A DNA stretch of 64,000 nucleotides from Bacilli bacterium (GCA_017934595.1 JAGBJG010000002.1:1846-65845), one strand, 5' to 3'. Shown: positions 28,763 through 37,817, counted from the first letter of the stretch. Made by a program: numbers and translations. Notes: generated by a model from the letters alone, not told the origin.

Positions 28763-29053
28763 CTAGTCTTCTTTCTTAGTAATTAAATGTCTTACTACAT
28801 CTTTACTATTTCTAGCTAAACGATCAAATTCACTAATAGCTTTATCATCATTAGCAGTTAAAGTTATAACATAGTAATAACCACTCTTATTGTCGTTAAT
28901 TTCATAAGCCAATTCTCTTTGACCCCATTCATTAACGTCAGTAATTTTTGCACCATTATCAGTTAAAACTTTTTCAAAAGATTTAGCAACTTTCTTTACT
29001 TCATCTTCTGCTATAGTTGTTCTAATAATGTACATGATTTCATAATTTCTCAT
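28763..29053 (-). CDS. rpsF: 30S ribosomal protein S6
   Basis: MRNYEIMYIIRT ... WGQRELAYEI. Confidence 0.97.
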   Translation of the reverse strand: MRNYEIMYIIRTTIAEDEVKKVAKSFEKVLTDNGAKITDVNEWGQRELAYEINDNKSGYYYVITLTANDDKAISEFDRLARNSKDVVRHLITKKED

Positions 29054-29108
29054 AATACACCTCCTTATGGTCTTAAGGCTTCCTAAGAAGCAAGGAGCTC
29101 ATCGCTCT
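29054..29108 (-). promoter_or_regulatory. rpsF leader with anti-SD pairing (S6:S18-leader-like)
   Basis: CUCCUU (complement of 29092-29097) can pair with the SD AAGGAG (29061-29066), enclosing hairpin GCUUC-UUAG-GAAGC (29078-29091). Confidence 0.45.
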
Positions 29109-29114
29109 AGGGGT

Positions 29115-29143
29115 ATTATAACAAAAAAAATATATAAAGTAAA
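29115..29143 (-). promoter_or_regulatory. Promoter of rpsF-ssb-rpsR
   Basis: TTTACT - 17 nt - TATAAT with extended -10 (TGTTATAAT) on the minus strand. Confidence 0.55.
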
Positions 29144-29179
29144 TATAATTTTTTTATTATTTTACTCTATATATTTATA

Positions 29180-30280
29180 TTAGACATTAAATCTAAAATG
29201 ACAAATATCTCCATCTTGCATAATGTAGTCTTTACCTTCTAGTCTTAGTCTACCGGCTTCTTTAACAGCTTTTTCATTACCTAGATATTTTAAATCTTCA
29301 AAACTCATTACTTCAGCTTTGATAAATCCTTTTTCGAAATCAGTATGGATTATACCAGCACATTCAGGTGCCTTCATTCCTTGTTTAAATGTCCAAGCTC
29401 TACATTCATCAGATCCAGCTGTAAAATATGTAGCTAAACCTAATAATCTATATGTTGCTTTTATTAATTGATCAAGACCACTTTCTTTAATTCCTAAGTC
29501 TTTTAAGAATTCAGCTTTATCAGATTCTTCTAATTCACTTAATTCAGATTCTATCTTAGCACATACAACTACTGTATCAGCGCCTTCTGCTTCTGCATAA
29601 CCTTTTACCATATCAGTATATTTATTACCACCAGCAACAATATCTTCTTCTGATATATTAGCCATATATATAATTGGTTTTGCAGTTATTAATGCAAATG
29701 ACTTGATAAGCATTTGTTCATCTTCATCTAAATCTAATCTTCTTACAGGTATATTTTGTTGTAGGCCATCTCTAATCTTGCGAAGTAAATTTAATTCTTT
29801 CATATCATCTTTATTTTTACTAGTTATTGCTTTTTTCTCAACTCTACCAATTCTACCTTCAATAATTTCCATATCAGAAAGCATTAATTCAATATTGATA
29901 GTTTCAATATCTCTTATTGGGTCAACACTATTTTCAACATGAATAATATCACTATTATCAAAACATCTAACAACTTCTACTATAGCGTCTGTTTCTCTAA
30001 TATGAGATAAGAATTTATTACCTAATCCCTCACCTTTAGATGCACCTTTTACAAGTCCAGCTATATCTGTAAATTCATATGTAGTTGGAACCACTCTTTC
30101 AGGTATATATAGATTTTCTAAAAACTCTAATCTTTTATCAGGAACTGTAACTACTCCTACATTTGGATCTATAGTTGCAAATGGATAGTTAGCAGCTAAT
30201 ATATTTTTTTTAGTAATGGCATTAAATAATGTTGATTTACCTACATTAGGTAATCCTACTATTCCTGCTTTTAAACTCAT
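29180..30280 (-). CDS. ychF: Redox-regulated ATPase YchF
   Basis: GIVGLPNVGKSTLFNA ... C-terminal TGS-like ... FRFNV. Confidence 0.96.
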   Translation of the reverse strand: MSLKAGIVGLPNVGKSTLFNAITKKNILAANYPFATIDPNVGVVTVPDKRLEFLENLYIPERVVPTTYEFTDIAGLVKGASKGEGLGNKFLSHIRETDAIVEVVRCFDNSDIIHVENSVDPIRDIETINIELMLSDMEIIEGRIGRVEKKAITSKNKDDMKELNLLRKIRDGLQQNIPVRRLDLDEDEQMLIKSFALITAKPIIYMANISEEDIVAGGNKYTDMVKGYAEAEGADTVVVCAKIESELSELEESDKAEFLKDLGIKESGLDQLIKATYRLLGLATYFTAGSDECRAWTFKQGMKAPECAGIIHTDFEKGFIKAEVMSFEDLKYLGNEKAVKEAGRLRLEGKDYIMQDGDICHFRFNV

Positions 30281-30327
30281 AATATCACTTCTTCCTAACT
30301 CATTATACCATATTTTTAAAAATATAA

Positions 30328-30352
30328 AAGAAAAAAGCGACTACATAGTCGC
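30328..30352 (-). terminator. Intrinsic terminator after the AbgT-family gene
   Basis: GCGAC TACATA GTCGC hairpin overlapping the stop, followed by a U-run. Confidence 0.6.
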
Positions 30353-31846
30353 ATAAGTATTTATTCCAAGAGGAATACCTATAATATTCCATGATACTAT
30401 TAATACTAACCATACAACCGCTAATAAAAGTACTGTAGGTAATATTAATTTAATTGTACCAACAATAGTAATTTCTTTTTTATCACCATCATTATATTTT
30501 TGTAAGAATCCTAACATGATTATAAAATATATAAAGAATGGCGATATTGCTTTACCTATTCCGTCTGCAATACTAAATATAAATTGAGTAAACTCCGGAG
30601 ATATATTAGCTCGCATAAATAGTGGTACAACAAGTGGAGATGCCATATTCCATTTTGTATAAGTACTAGGGATTAATATACTTATTAATATAGTAAATAC
30701 AAAGAATACAATTATTAATAATCCACCTGAAAATTGTAATGAACTAACTATATTTATTAATATAGCTGAAATAACTGTTCCTATATTTGTATATTCTAAT
30801 ACTCCAAACATAATTGATGCAAAGAACATTAATACAAATATATATCCACAGTTTTCAAAACTTTTATATAATCCAATATTATATTCAAGTCTATTTTTAA
30901 TATTTTTAGATATAAATCCATAAATACCACCACATATCATCATAGCTACCAATATGATAAACATCAAGGCTTCTTTAAATGGAGCTGTGTCACTCATAAG
31001 TTTGGCTACATATGTAGTTTGTGAGTTATCAAGTAATACTCCACCAGGAAGTATCATTAAGACTGTCGCGATTAATATTACTAATGTAGCTGCATTAGTT
31101 ACCCATAGAGCTTTATTAGAAATATTAATTTCATCTTCTTCAATTTGAACTCTTTTAAATTTTGGAACTAAATATTTATTTATAATTGCAGTTCCTAAGA
31201 AAATAATTATTAATGTACTAACAATCATTATGTACATACAAGATAGTACATCATAAGAGAATGTTGGATCTACTTCAATTGTCGCAGATAACTCTGTTAA
31301 TGTACCTAATATATAAGTATTATAATTATATATAATACCAGTACCATAACCACACGTAATTCCTATGAAAGCAGTAATTATACCAAGCATAGGATTTCTT
31401 CCTAAATATCTATACACCACACCTATTAAAGGTAATACAATTATAAATGCATAATCCCCAAAGAAGGTCATTGCTGCGCATATAAATAATGTGAAGAAAG
31501 TTATAACAGATGTCTTTAATTGTCTAAAAGGCATTGTCATATGTTTAATTAAACCAGATCTTTCTGCTATACTTGTTGCTATTAAAGATACAATTATTAA
31601 AGCAAGAGGTTCTAATAAACGGAAATTAGTTATTGAATTACTTAAAATGTATTTAATACCATCAATACTAAAAGCGTTTTTTATTGATACTAAACTCATT
31701 TCTAGATGTCCAAAATTTATTACTGCTTCTTCACTTTCAATACCAATAACTGAAAGTATAAAGCTTAGAATCATAAGTCCTAAAACAATAATTCCCATTA
31801 CAAATATTGGACCTAATACTTTAGGTGTTCTATTTCTCTTTTTCAT
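30341..31846 (-). CDS. AbgT-family transporter
   Basis: About 500-aa polytopic protein. The N-terminal pattern (SIKNAFSIDGIKYIL...NFRLLEPLALIIVSLIATSIAERSGLI) resembles AbgT/MtrF proteins. Start ATG 31846 preferred. Confidence 0.7.
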   Translation of the reverse strand: MKKRNRTPKVLGPIFVMGIIVLGLMILSFILSVIGIESEEAVINFGHLEMSLVSIKNAFSIDGIKYILSNSITNFRLLEPLALIIVSLIATSIAERSGLIKHMTMPFRQLKTSVITFFTLFICAAMTFFGDYAFIIVLPLIGVVYRYLGRNPMLGIITAFIGITCGYGTGIIYNYNTYILGTLTELSATIEVDPTFSYDVLSCMYIMIVSTLIIIFLGTAIINKYLVPKFKRVQIEEDEINISNKALWVTNAATLVILIATVLMILPGGVLLDNSQTTYVAKLMSDTAPFKEALMFIILVAMMICGGIYGFISKNIKNRLEYNIGLYKSFENCGYIFVLMFFASIMFGVLEYTNIGTVISAILINIVSSLQFSGGLLIIVFFVFTILISILIPSTYTKWNMASPLVVPLFMRANISPEFTQFIFSIADGIGKAISPFFIYFIIMLGFLQKYNDGDKKEITIVGTIKLILPTVLLLAVVWLVLIVSWNIIGIPLGINTYATM

Positions 31847-32042
31847 ATTCACCACCATCTAATTTCAAAACTTTTTTAAGTTTTTTATTAAATTCTATTC
31901 TAGGTAGCATAATACTTCTTCCGCAGTTTAAACATTTAATTTTTATATCTGCTCCAACTCTTGTGATTTCCCATTCATTAGAACCACAAGGATGTTCTTT
32001 TTTCATTGTTACAATACTACCTAATTTATATTCTTTATCCAT
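31830..32042 (-). CDS. DUF951-family small protein (YyzM-like)
   Basis: KKEHPCGSNEWEITRVGADIKIKCLNCGRSIMLPR; conserved position near ychF/spo0J. Confidence 0.8.
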   Translation of the reverse strand: MDKEYKLGSIVTMKKEHPCGSNEWEITRVGADIKIKCLNCGRSIMLPRIEFNKKLKKVLKLDGGEYEKEK

Positions 32043-32823
32043 TATGAATCACCAACTGACTATATGGTATATTTATACCATTTTTATCTAATTCACTTTT
32101 TAATATTTTTCTCATTTGTCTTTGAGCATTAAAATGAGTACCACTTTTTACCTCAGCTGTTATACGATATACAATAGCTGAAGAATCTAAATTTTCTAAT
32201 CCTAAAACATTAACTTCACCTTTTAAATCAGATAATTCCTTAGATATTTTTGAGCATATTTTATTCAATACTTTCTCTAATTTTTCAACGTCTTCTTCAT
32301 AAGGTAATCCCACATCTACATAAGCTAATGAGTTGTTATGTGTATAATTAATAACTTCGCCAATAAGGTGATTACTAATTATCTTTTCTTCTCCTGTCCA
32401 AGCTTTTATTCTAGTTGTTTTTAGAGTAAAACTTGTAACAGTACCCATGAAATCTCCTATTTTAACTAAATCACCAATAGCAAATTGGTTTTCACCAACT
32501 ATTGATATTCCAGCTACAAAATCTTTTAGGAAATCTTGCATAGCTAAAGCAACTGCGGCACCTACAATACCTAATGATGTTATGATACTTTTTGTATCTA
32601 TACCATATTTATCTAGTATCATTAAAGCACATACTATAATAATAAAATATTTAGATATTGTCTTCGCTAATGATTCAATAGTTTTATATCTATTATTTTT
32701 AGTTTTATTTCTTAATTTAAATGCTTTTGTTATAACACTTTTAATAACTGTATACATTAAAATACCAACTAAAATAATAGCTATAGGAACTATTATTTTA
32801 TTAATGATAGTTGTTCTATCCAT
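32035..32823 (-). CDS. Small-conductance mechanosensitive channel (MscS family)
   Basis: Three N-terminal TMs, then FAIGDLVKIGDFMGTVTSFTLKTTRIKAWTGEEKIISN. Confidence 0.85.
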   Translation of the reverse strand: MDRTTIINKIIVPIAIILVGILMYTVIKSVITKAFKLRNKTKNNRYKTIESLAKTISKYFIIIVCALMILDKYGIDTKSIITSLGIVGAAVALAMQDFLKDFVAGISIVGENQFAIGDLVKIGDFMGTVTSFTLKTTRIKAWTGEEKIISNHLIGEVINYTHNNSLAYVDVGLPYEEDVEKLEKVLNKICSKISKELSDLKGEVNVLGLENLDSSAIVYRITAEVKSGTHFNAQRQMRKILKSELDKNGINIPYSQLVIHNG

Positions 32824-32826
32824 ATA

Positions 32827-33702
32827 TTACTCCTTCACATCTAATATCTCTAATATTCTATTTAAATCAGCGATATTTGTAAAGTTGATTATTACTTTTT
32901 TATCTTTAATTTTTACTTTTGTATCTAACTTATCTCTTAACATATCTTCAACATATTTGAATTCGTTAGATTCCGGTTTTTCTTTTCTAACAATCTTTAC
33001 TTTTTTCTCTTTATTTTGTGCGATATCTTCAAGATCATGTACAGCTAAACCTTTTTCTGCTATTTCTCTAGCCATAGCAAGAATTTCTTCTTCATTTTCA
33101 ATTTTACTTAAGATTTTAGCATGACTCATAGTAAGTTTTTCTTCTGCTATCATCTTTTGTACTTCTGCTGGTAATCTAAGTATTCCTATAATATTAGTTA
33201 TATGACTACGACTCTTACCAACTCTCTTAGATAGTTCATCTTGTGTTAATCCTAATCTATCAATCATATTTTTATAAGCTAATGCTTCTTCTAAAGGATT
33301 TAAGTTTTCTCTTTGAAGATTTTCTAATAATGATATTTCCATCATTTGATCATCAGTGAAATCTCTTATAATTGCAGGGATAGTTTCTTTACCAGCTAAT
33401 TTAGAAGCTCTAAATCTTCTTTCGCCAGCTATTATTTCATATCCTTTAATACTTTTCTTAACAATTATTGGTTGGAATACACCGTGTTCTTTAATTGATT
33501 CACATAATTCATTTAATGCCCCATCATCAAATAGTTTTCTCGGTTGATAAGGGTTTGGTCTTAACTCATCTAAAGGTAACTCTACAATTTCCTCTTTTGG
33601 AGTAGACTCAATAACATTTTTTTCAAATGTATCTAAATCAAAATTTTCATTATTAAATAATTGTTCTAATCCTTTTCCTAAGGCTCTTTTTTTAGTTTCC
33701 AT
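32827..33702 (-). CDS. spo0J: Chromosome partitioning protein ParB/Spo0J
   Basis: KRALGKGLEQLF, LRPNPYQPRK, IIAGERRFRASKLAG, HTH, downstream of soj. Confidence 0.94.
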   Translation of the reverse strand: METKKRALGKGLEQLFNNENFDLDTFEKNVIESTPKEEIVELPLDELRPNPYQPRKLFDDGALNELCESIKEHGVFQPIIVKKSIKGYEIIAGERRFRASKLAGKETIPAIIRDFTDDQMMEISLLENLQRENLNPLEEALAYKNMIDRLGLTQDELSKRVGKSRSHITNIIGILRLPAEVQKMIAEEKLTMSHAKILSKIENEEEILAMAREIAEKGLAVHDLEDIAQNKEKKVKIVRKEKPESNEFKYVEDMLRDKLDTKVKIKDKKVIINFTNIADLNRILEILDVKE

Positions 33703-34477
33703 TTCTTGTAATCACCTCTTTAGCTAAATTAAGGTAAGCTTCTGTACCTCTACTTTTTGGTTCATATGCAAGTATAGGCATACCATGACTTGGTGCTTCT
33801 GATAATTTAACTAATCTAGGAATAATAGTATCATATACTCTTTCTTTAAAGTATGTTTTAATTTCTTCTACTACTTCTAATCCTAAGTTAGTTCTATTAT
33901 CTAACATTGTAAGCAATACGCCTTCTATATCTAGAGTTGGATTTAAATTCTTTTGTGCCCACATAATTGAGTTTAATAGTTGCATAATTCCTTCCAACGC
34001 GAAGAATTCACATTGTACTGGAATTATTACTGAATCAGCTGCGTATAATGCATTTGTAGTTAAGATACCTAATGAAGGTGGACAATCTATAATAATATAA
34101 TCATAAATATCCCTAACTTCATCAAGTCTTAATCTTAATTGTGCATTTTTATTAAATTCATGATCTAATCTGCTTTTTTCCATTAATTCAATATCAATAC
34201 CAGCTAAGTTAATTGATGCGGGAATAATAGATAAATTTTTAAATTTAGTTTTAATGATAGCTTCATCTATTGTTCCTTCACCAATAAGTAATTCATAGAT
34301 ACTTTTATTTGTTTCTCTTTTATCTATTCCTACTCCTGTAGTACTATTACCTTGTGGATCCAAATCTATTAACAAAGTTTTTTTATTATAAGCGCCTAAA
34401 GATGCTGATAAGTTGATACTTGTAGTAGTTTTACCTACACCACCTTTTTGATTAACTAACGCAATTATTTTTCCCAT
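33692..34477 (-). CDS. soj: Chromosome partitioning ATPase ParA/Soj
   Basis: Deviant Walker A NQKGGVGKTT. Start moved to ATG 34477 (GGTGA RBS). Confidence 0.94.
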   Translation of the reverse strand: MGKIIALVNQKGGVGKTTTSINLSASLGAYNKKTLLIDLDPQGNSTTGVGIDKRETNKSIYELLIGEGTIDEAIIKTKFKNLSIIPASINLAGIDIELMEKSRLDHEFNKNAQLRLRLDEVRDIYDYIIIDCPPSLGILTTNALYAADSVIIPVQCEFFALEGIMQLLNSIMWAQKNLNPTLDIEGVLLTMLDNRTNLGLEVVEEIKTYFKERVYDTIIPRLVKLSEAPSHGMPILAYEPKSRGTEAYLNLAKEVITRNGN

Positions 34478-34543
34478 AAAATCACCATTTTCCATATCAA
34501 TAATATTGTATCAAATTAGACAAAATAAGTCTATATTTTAGGG

Positions 34544-34571
34544 CAAAAAAAGAAAAGTAACTTTCGTTACT
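34544..34571 (-). terminator. Intrinsic terminator after hsp20
   Basis: AGTAAC TTTC GTTACT hairpin followed by a U-run on the minus strand. Confidence 0.65.
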
Positions 34572-34953
34572 AATCTTCTATTTCAATTACTTTTTTATTG
34601 TCAACTTTAGATGTTTTTGGAACTGTTATTGATAAGATACCATTTTTATAATTAGCTTTGATTTCATCTTCAGTAATAGCATCACCTACATAAAATGTAC
34701 GGCTGCATTTACCATAAGAAATTTCTCTTCTGATATATTTTTCACTATCAGAGTTTACTTCTTTATTTTTCTCAGCTGTTACAGTAAGATATCCTTTTTC
34801 TAATTCCAATTTAATATCTTCTTTAGCATATCCTGGAACGGATATATCAACCAAATAATTATCTCCTACTACTTTTACATCAGTCTTCATGATATCACTA
34901 TTTGTTTTTTCAAACATATTATCAAAAACATCATCAAAAATACTTGGTAACAT
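34570..34953 (-). CDS. Hsp20/alpha-crystallin family small heat-shock protein
   Basis: Alpha-crystallin domain: YLVDISVPGYAKEDIKLELEKGYLTVTAEK ... NGILSITVPK. Confidence 0.9.
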   Translation of the reverse strand: MLPSIFDDVFDNMFEKTNSDIMKTDVKVVGDNYLVDISVPGYAKEDIKLELEKGYLTVTAEKNKEVNSDSEKYIRREISYGKCSRTFYVGDAITEDEIKANYKNGILSITVPKTSKVDNKKVIEIED

Positions 34954-34998
34954 ATAATCATTTCCTTTCCTTCGTAAGTTTTCCTCACTTACAAATTA

Positions 34999-35027
34999 AG
35001 TATAGCACTAAAAATTAGCAAAGTCAA
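34999..35027 (-). promoter_or_regulatory. Sigma-A promoter of hsp20
   Basis: TTGACT - 17 nt - TATACT on the minus strand. Confidence 0.6.
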
Positions 35028-35041
35028 TAGGAGAGTGCTAA
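35015..35041. promoter_or_regulatory. CIRCE-like inverted repeat (candidate HrcA operator)
   Basis: TTAGCAAAG-N9-GAGTGCTAA versus consensus TTAGCACTC-N9-GAGTGCTAA: one half perfect, the other 6 of 9. It overlaps the -35 of the hsp20 promoter. Confidence 0.5.
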
Positions 35042-35262
35042 AAAATTGAAAGTAGTTTACATTGGCTCCTTAAAGTCTTTAAATATACTTGAAAACCTTT
35101 CTTTTCTTTATCTGTAAGTTTAGAATATTCTTTCGTATTATTTATCATTAAATCTTCTATCGTTGATATACTAACATTATTAGTAATTAAAGTATATATT
35201 GTATTTATACCATTTGCTTCTAATTCAGCATTAATTGTTTCTACTAATTTAACATAATCCAT
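35038..35262 (-). CDS. Hypothetical 74-aa protein coupled to the upstream helicase gene
   Basis: ATG 5 nt after the helicase stop. The segment ELEANGINTIYTLITNNVSISTIEDL is weakly reminiscent of helix-hairpin-helix / RpoA-CTD modules. Confidence 0.5.
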   Translation of the reverse strand: MDYVKLVETINAELEANGINTIYTLITNNVSISTIEDLMINNTKEYSKLTDKEKKGFQVYLKTLRSQCKLLSIF

Positions 35263-35267
35263 TTACT

Positions 35268-36743
35268 TCACGCCTTCTTTATTTCATCTACAAATTCTGA
35301 TGCGTTATACTTAGGAGTATATAAATAAACATACCCTTTAGTCCTTGTTAGGCCGACATAAAAAAGCCTTCTTTCCTCGCTATAAGGATAAGCATCAGCT
35401 TTATTACTAACAAGTGATAATATTTTGTTATCTTCTAATTTAGATGGAAAACCCATTATATCATTCACTAAATTAATTATTATAACAACATCAGCTTCTA
35501 ATCCTTTCGACTTATGAATAGTCATATACTTGAATTTAATATTTTTTGGTATATAGACTATATTGAAGCCACTATCAATATTATAATCCTTATCTAATAA
35601 TTTATAAATATCTTTATTATTCCTACCTAACACAAGTATACTATTTTTTACACTTATCTCCTCAATTAGTTTTTTAAAATCTTTTTTATAATCTTTGTAT
35701 TTTATTATTTTTATAGGATCTTCCAATCTTTTGTTAGATTTTAATTCTTTATATATTTGATTTTTATTCTTCATTATAAATGAACCAGCTATATCAATTA
35801 GTTCCTGACTATTTCTATATGTATTAGTTATTTTATATATCGATGCATCTTTAAAATATTTTTTAAAGTCTAACATTATTCTTAAATCGCATCCAGCAAA
35901 TTTATATATAGATTGAAAATCATCACCTACTACAAATAAAGATGAATCAGTTTTATTAAGGATAGTTTTAATTAGACTGAAGCGTATCATAGAACTATCT
36001 TGAAATTCATCAATTATTATATATTTATAGTTATTTTTTATTCCGTATTTGTCCACCATATTTCTAGCTTCTATAATTAAATCATCAAAATCTAATTCGC
36101 CCATACTTCTAAGTTCATTATGATATTTTTGATATAGAATTAAAACTAATTTTAGAAAGTAAAAACTTTTTCTTTTAAATTTATTTTTATAGAATTTATT
36201 AAAACTATATATATCATATCCATTAGTCTTCATTAATCTTATAAATTTAGTAATTAAATGTATTAATCTATCAATTTTTTTATCCGATATCAATTGCCTA
36301 TATTTCTTTAATACATTTATTTTTACTGTGAATAAGTTAAAATATCTAAGTACTATATACATCATATCTATATCATTTAGAATAATATTTTCAAGATATT
36401 CTTTAACTAAATAGTCTAAGAAATCGGATGAACATATTTTATATTCTAAACTATTATTCAAGATATTCATTGATAGTTTATGAAAAGTATATACATCTAC
36501 TGATTCATTTATCTCATCTATAATTTTACCTTTTAAACTTTCCACAGTAGCGTTAGTGAAAGATATACAAAGAATGCTATTTGGATCTACGCCATTTTGT
36601 ATTAAATATTTTATTCTACCTATGATAGTAGTTGTCTTACCTGATCCAGCACCTGCAACAACCATTATATGTTTTGAATCACTACATACTGCATCCATCT
36701 GTTCTTTATCTAATTCAAATCCTCCAACAGTAATAGCAATCAC
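35268..36743 (-). CDS. UvrD/Rep/helicase IV-like SF1 helicase (short form, about 490 aa)
   Basis: Walker A AGAGSGKTTT, motif II IIIDEFQD, VGDDFQSIY, TIHKSKGLEAD, YVGLTRTK. Start uncertain: GTG 36743 sits directly on a GAGG, and the next ATG is codon 16. Confidence 0.8.
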   Translation of the reverse strand: MIAITVGGFELDKEQMDAVCSDSKHIMVVAGAGSGKTTTIIGRIKYLIQNGVDPNSILCISFTNATVESLKGKIIDEINESVDVYTFHKLSMNILNNSLEYKICSSDFLDYLVKEYLENIILNDIDMMYIVLRYFNLFTVKINVLKKYRQLISDKKIDRLIHLITKFIRLMKTNGYDIYSFNKFYKNKFKRKSFYFLKLVLILYQKYHNELRSMGELDFDDLIIEARNMVDKYGIKNNYKYIIIDEFQDSSMIRFSLIKTILNKTDSSLFVVGDDFQSIYKFAGCDLRIMLDFKKYFKDASIYKITNTYRNSQELIDIAGSFIMKNKNQIYKELKSNKRLEDPIKIIKYKDYKKDFKKLIEEISVKNSILVLGRNNKDIYKLLDKDYNIDSGFNIVYIPKNIKFKYMTIHKSKGLEADVVIIINLVNDIMGFPSKLEDNKILSLVSNKADAYPYSEERRLFYVGLTRTKGYVYLYTPKYNASEFVDEIKKA

Positions 36744-36793
36744 CTCACTACATAAATTATACTATTACTTTTAGATGACTTAATTAAAAATCG

Positions 36794-36813
36794 TTCGACA
36801 AAATTCGACAAAA
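36794..36813. repeat. Tandem decamer TTCGACAAAA x2 in the helicase/mscL intergenic region
   Basis: Exact direct repeat 36794-36803 / 36804-36813. Confidence 0.6.
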
Positions 36814-36841
36814 TAAAACACTTTAATTAGATAAAGAGTTG

Positions 36842-36850
36842 TGCTATAAT
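36842..36850 (+). promoter_or_regulatory. Extended -10 element (TGCTATAAT) of mscL
   Basis: TGnTATAAT about 20 nt upstream of the mscL start codon (about 5 nt upstream of the GGAGG RBS). Confidence 0.5.
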
Positions 36851-36869
36851 TTGGGTAGGAGGTAATCAT

Positions 36870-37331
36870 ATGGTTAAAAAAGTTGATCCAAAAGCTTTAA
36901 AAGATAAAGCAGTAAAAGGTGGTAAAGGATTCATCGGAGAATTCAAAGCATTCGTATTACGTGGAAATGTTATGGATATGGCAATCGGTGTTATTATCGG
37001 TTCTGCATTTGCTAGTATAGTAACTGCTTTAACAAATGATTTTATTAATCCACTAATCAATTCAATTGGTGGTGCTTCATTTGGCGGTTCTATCCATTTA
37101 CCATGGACACCAGAAGGTGAAGCAGGTCAATACTTATTATGGGGTGACTTTGTTACAGCTCTTATCAACTTCTTAATAATGGCATTCGTATTATTTATTA
37201 TGCTTAAGGTAGTAAATAAGATAATGAGCATTGGCAAAAAGAAAAAAGAAAAAGAAGTTAAACCAGCTGAACCATCTGCTGAAGTTAAATTATTAACTGA
37301 AATCAGAGATGAACTTAAAAAGAAAAAATAA
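36870..37331 (+). CDS. mscL: Large-conductance mechanosensitive channel
   Basis: EFKAFVLRGNVMDMAIGVIIGSAFASIVTALTNDFINPLI. Confidence 0.95.
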   Translation: MVKKVDPKALKDKAVKGGKGFIGEFKAFVLRGNVMDMAIGVIIGSAFASIVTALTNDFINPLINSIGGASFGGSIHLPWTPEGEAGQYLLWGDFVTALINFLIMAFVLFIMLKVVNKIMSIGKKKKEKEVKPAEPSAEVKLLTEIRDELKKKK

Positions 37332-37343
37332 TCGATTATTCGA

Positions 37344-37751
37344 TTATTTTTTTTCGTTGATTTCTTTTGTATTCTTGTAAATTAAGATTACTAATAATGA
37401 TCCTTCGTAAATAACTCTTGCGAATAAGTTACCTAAGATTAAGATACCGAAGAATAATAATGCACTTGTACCAATGAATGCAAATGATACTAGTGTTAAG
37501 TAAATTGCTGTAATTAAGTAGAATACTTTTAATAACATTTCTAATGTTAATGTTTTAAATGATAAGAAATCATATAACCATTTAACAAAACCTGTGAATT
37601 TCTTTTCGTTTTTCTTGCTTAAGAATAAAACATATACTAAAATTCCACCAATGATTGCTAAGATTGCAGCAATAATTCCCCATACACCAGCAGCAGCTAA
37701 ACTTGAAGTAGCCTTAGGTGCAGATACTGTAGTATAACCGTAAGTATACAT
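37344..37751 (-). CDS. Hypothetical integral membrane protein
   Basis: Three to four predicted TM segments. Start moved to ATG 37751 (GGAGTGA RBS). Confidence 0.6.
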   Translation of the reverse strand: MYTYGYTTVSAPKATSSLAAAGVWGIIAAILAIIGGILVYVLFLSKKNEKKFTGFVKWLYDFLSFKTLTLEMLLKVFYLITAIYLTLVSFAFIGTSALLFFGILILGNLFARVIYEGSLLVILIYKNTKEINEKK

Positions 37752-37791
37752 CAAAATCACTCCTTCCTAAGATAATTATACCAAATAATTA

Positions 37792-37817
37792 CAAAAAAAA
37801 GAAGAAATATTCTTCTT
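37792..37817. terminator. Intrinsic terminator after GT2 gene 37819-38868
   Basis: AAGAAGAA ATA TTCTTCTT hairpin flanked by A- and T-runs. Confidence 0.65.

Noticed and set aside
32447-33124. 225-aa plus-strand ORF spanning the mscS/spo0J junction.
   Set aside because: It crosses two well-supported minus-strand genes. The translation is low-complexity (I/L/S/F-rich), typical of an antisense artefact.
35268-36743. Gabija system (GajB-like helicase).
   Set aside because: No GajA-type OLD ATPase/TOPRIM gene is adjacent. Upstream is intergenic DNA and mscL; downstream is only a 74-aa ORF.
36866-37060. 64-aa minus-strand ORF antisense to mscL.
   Set aside because: Shadow ORF inside a highly conserved mscL coding region.
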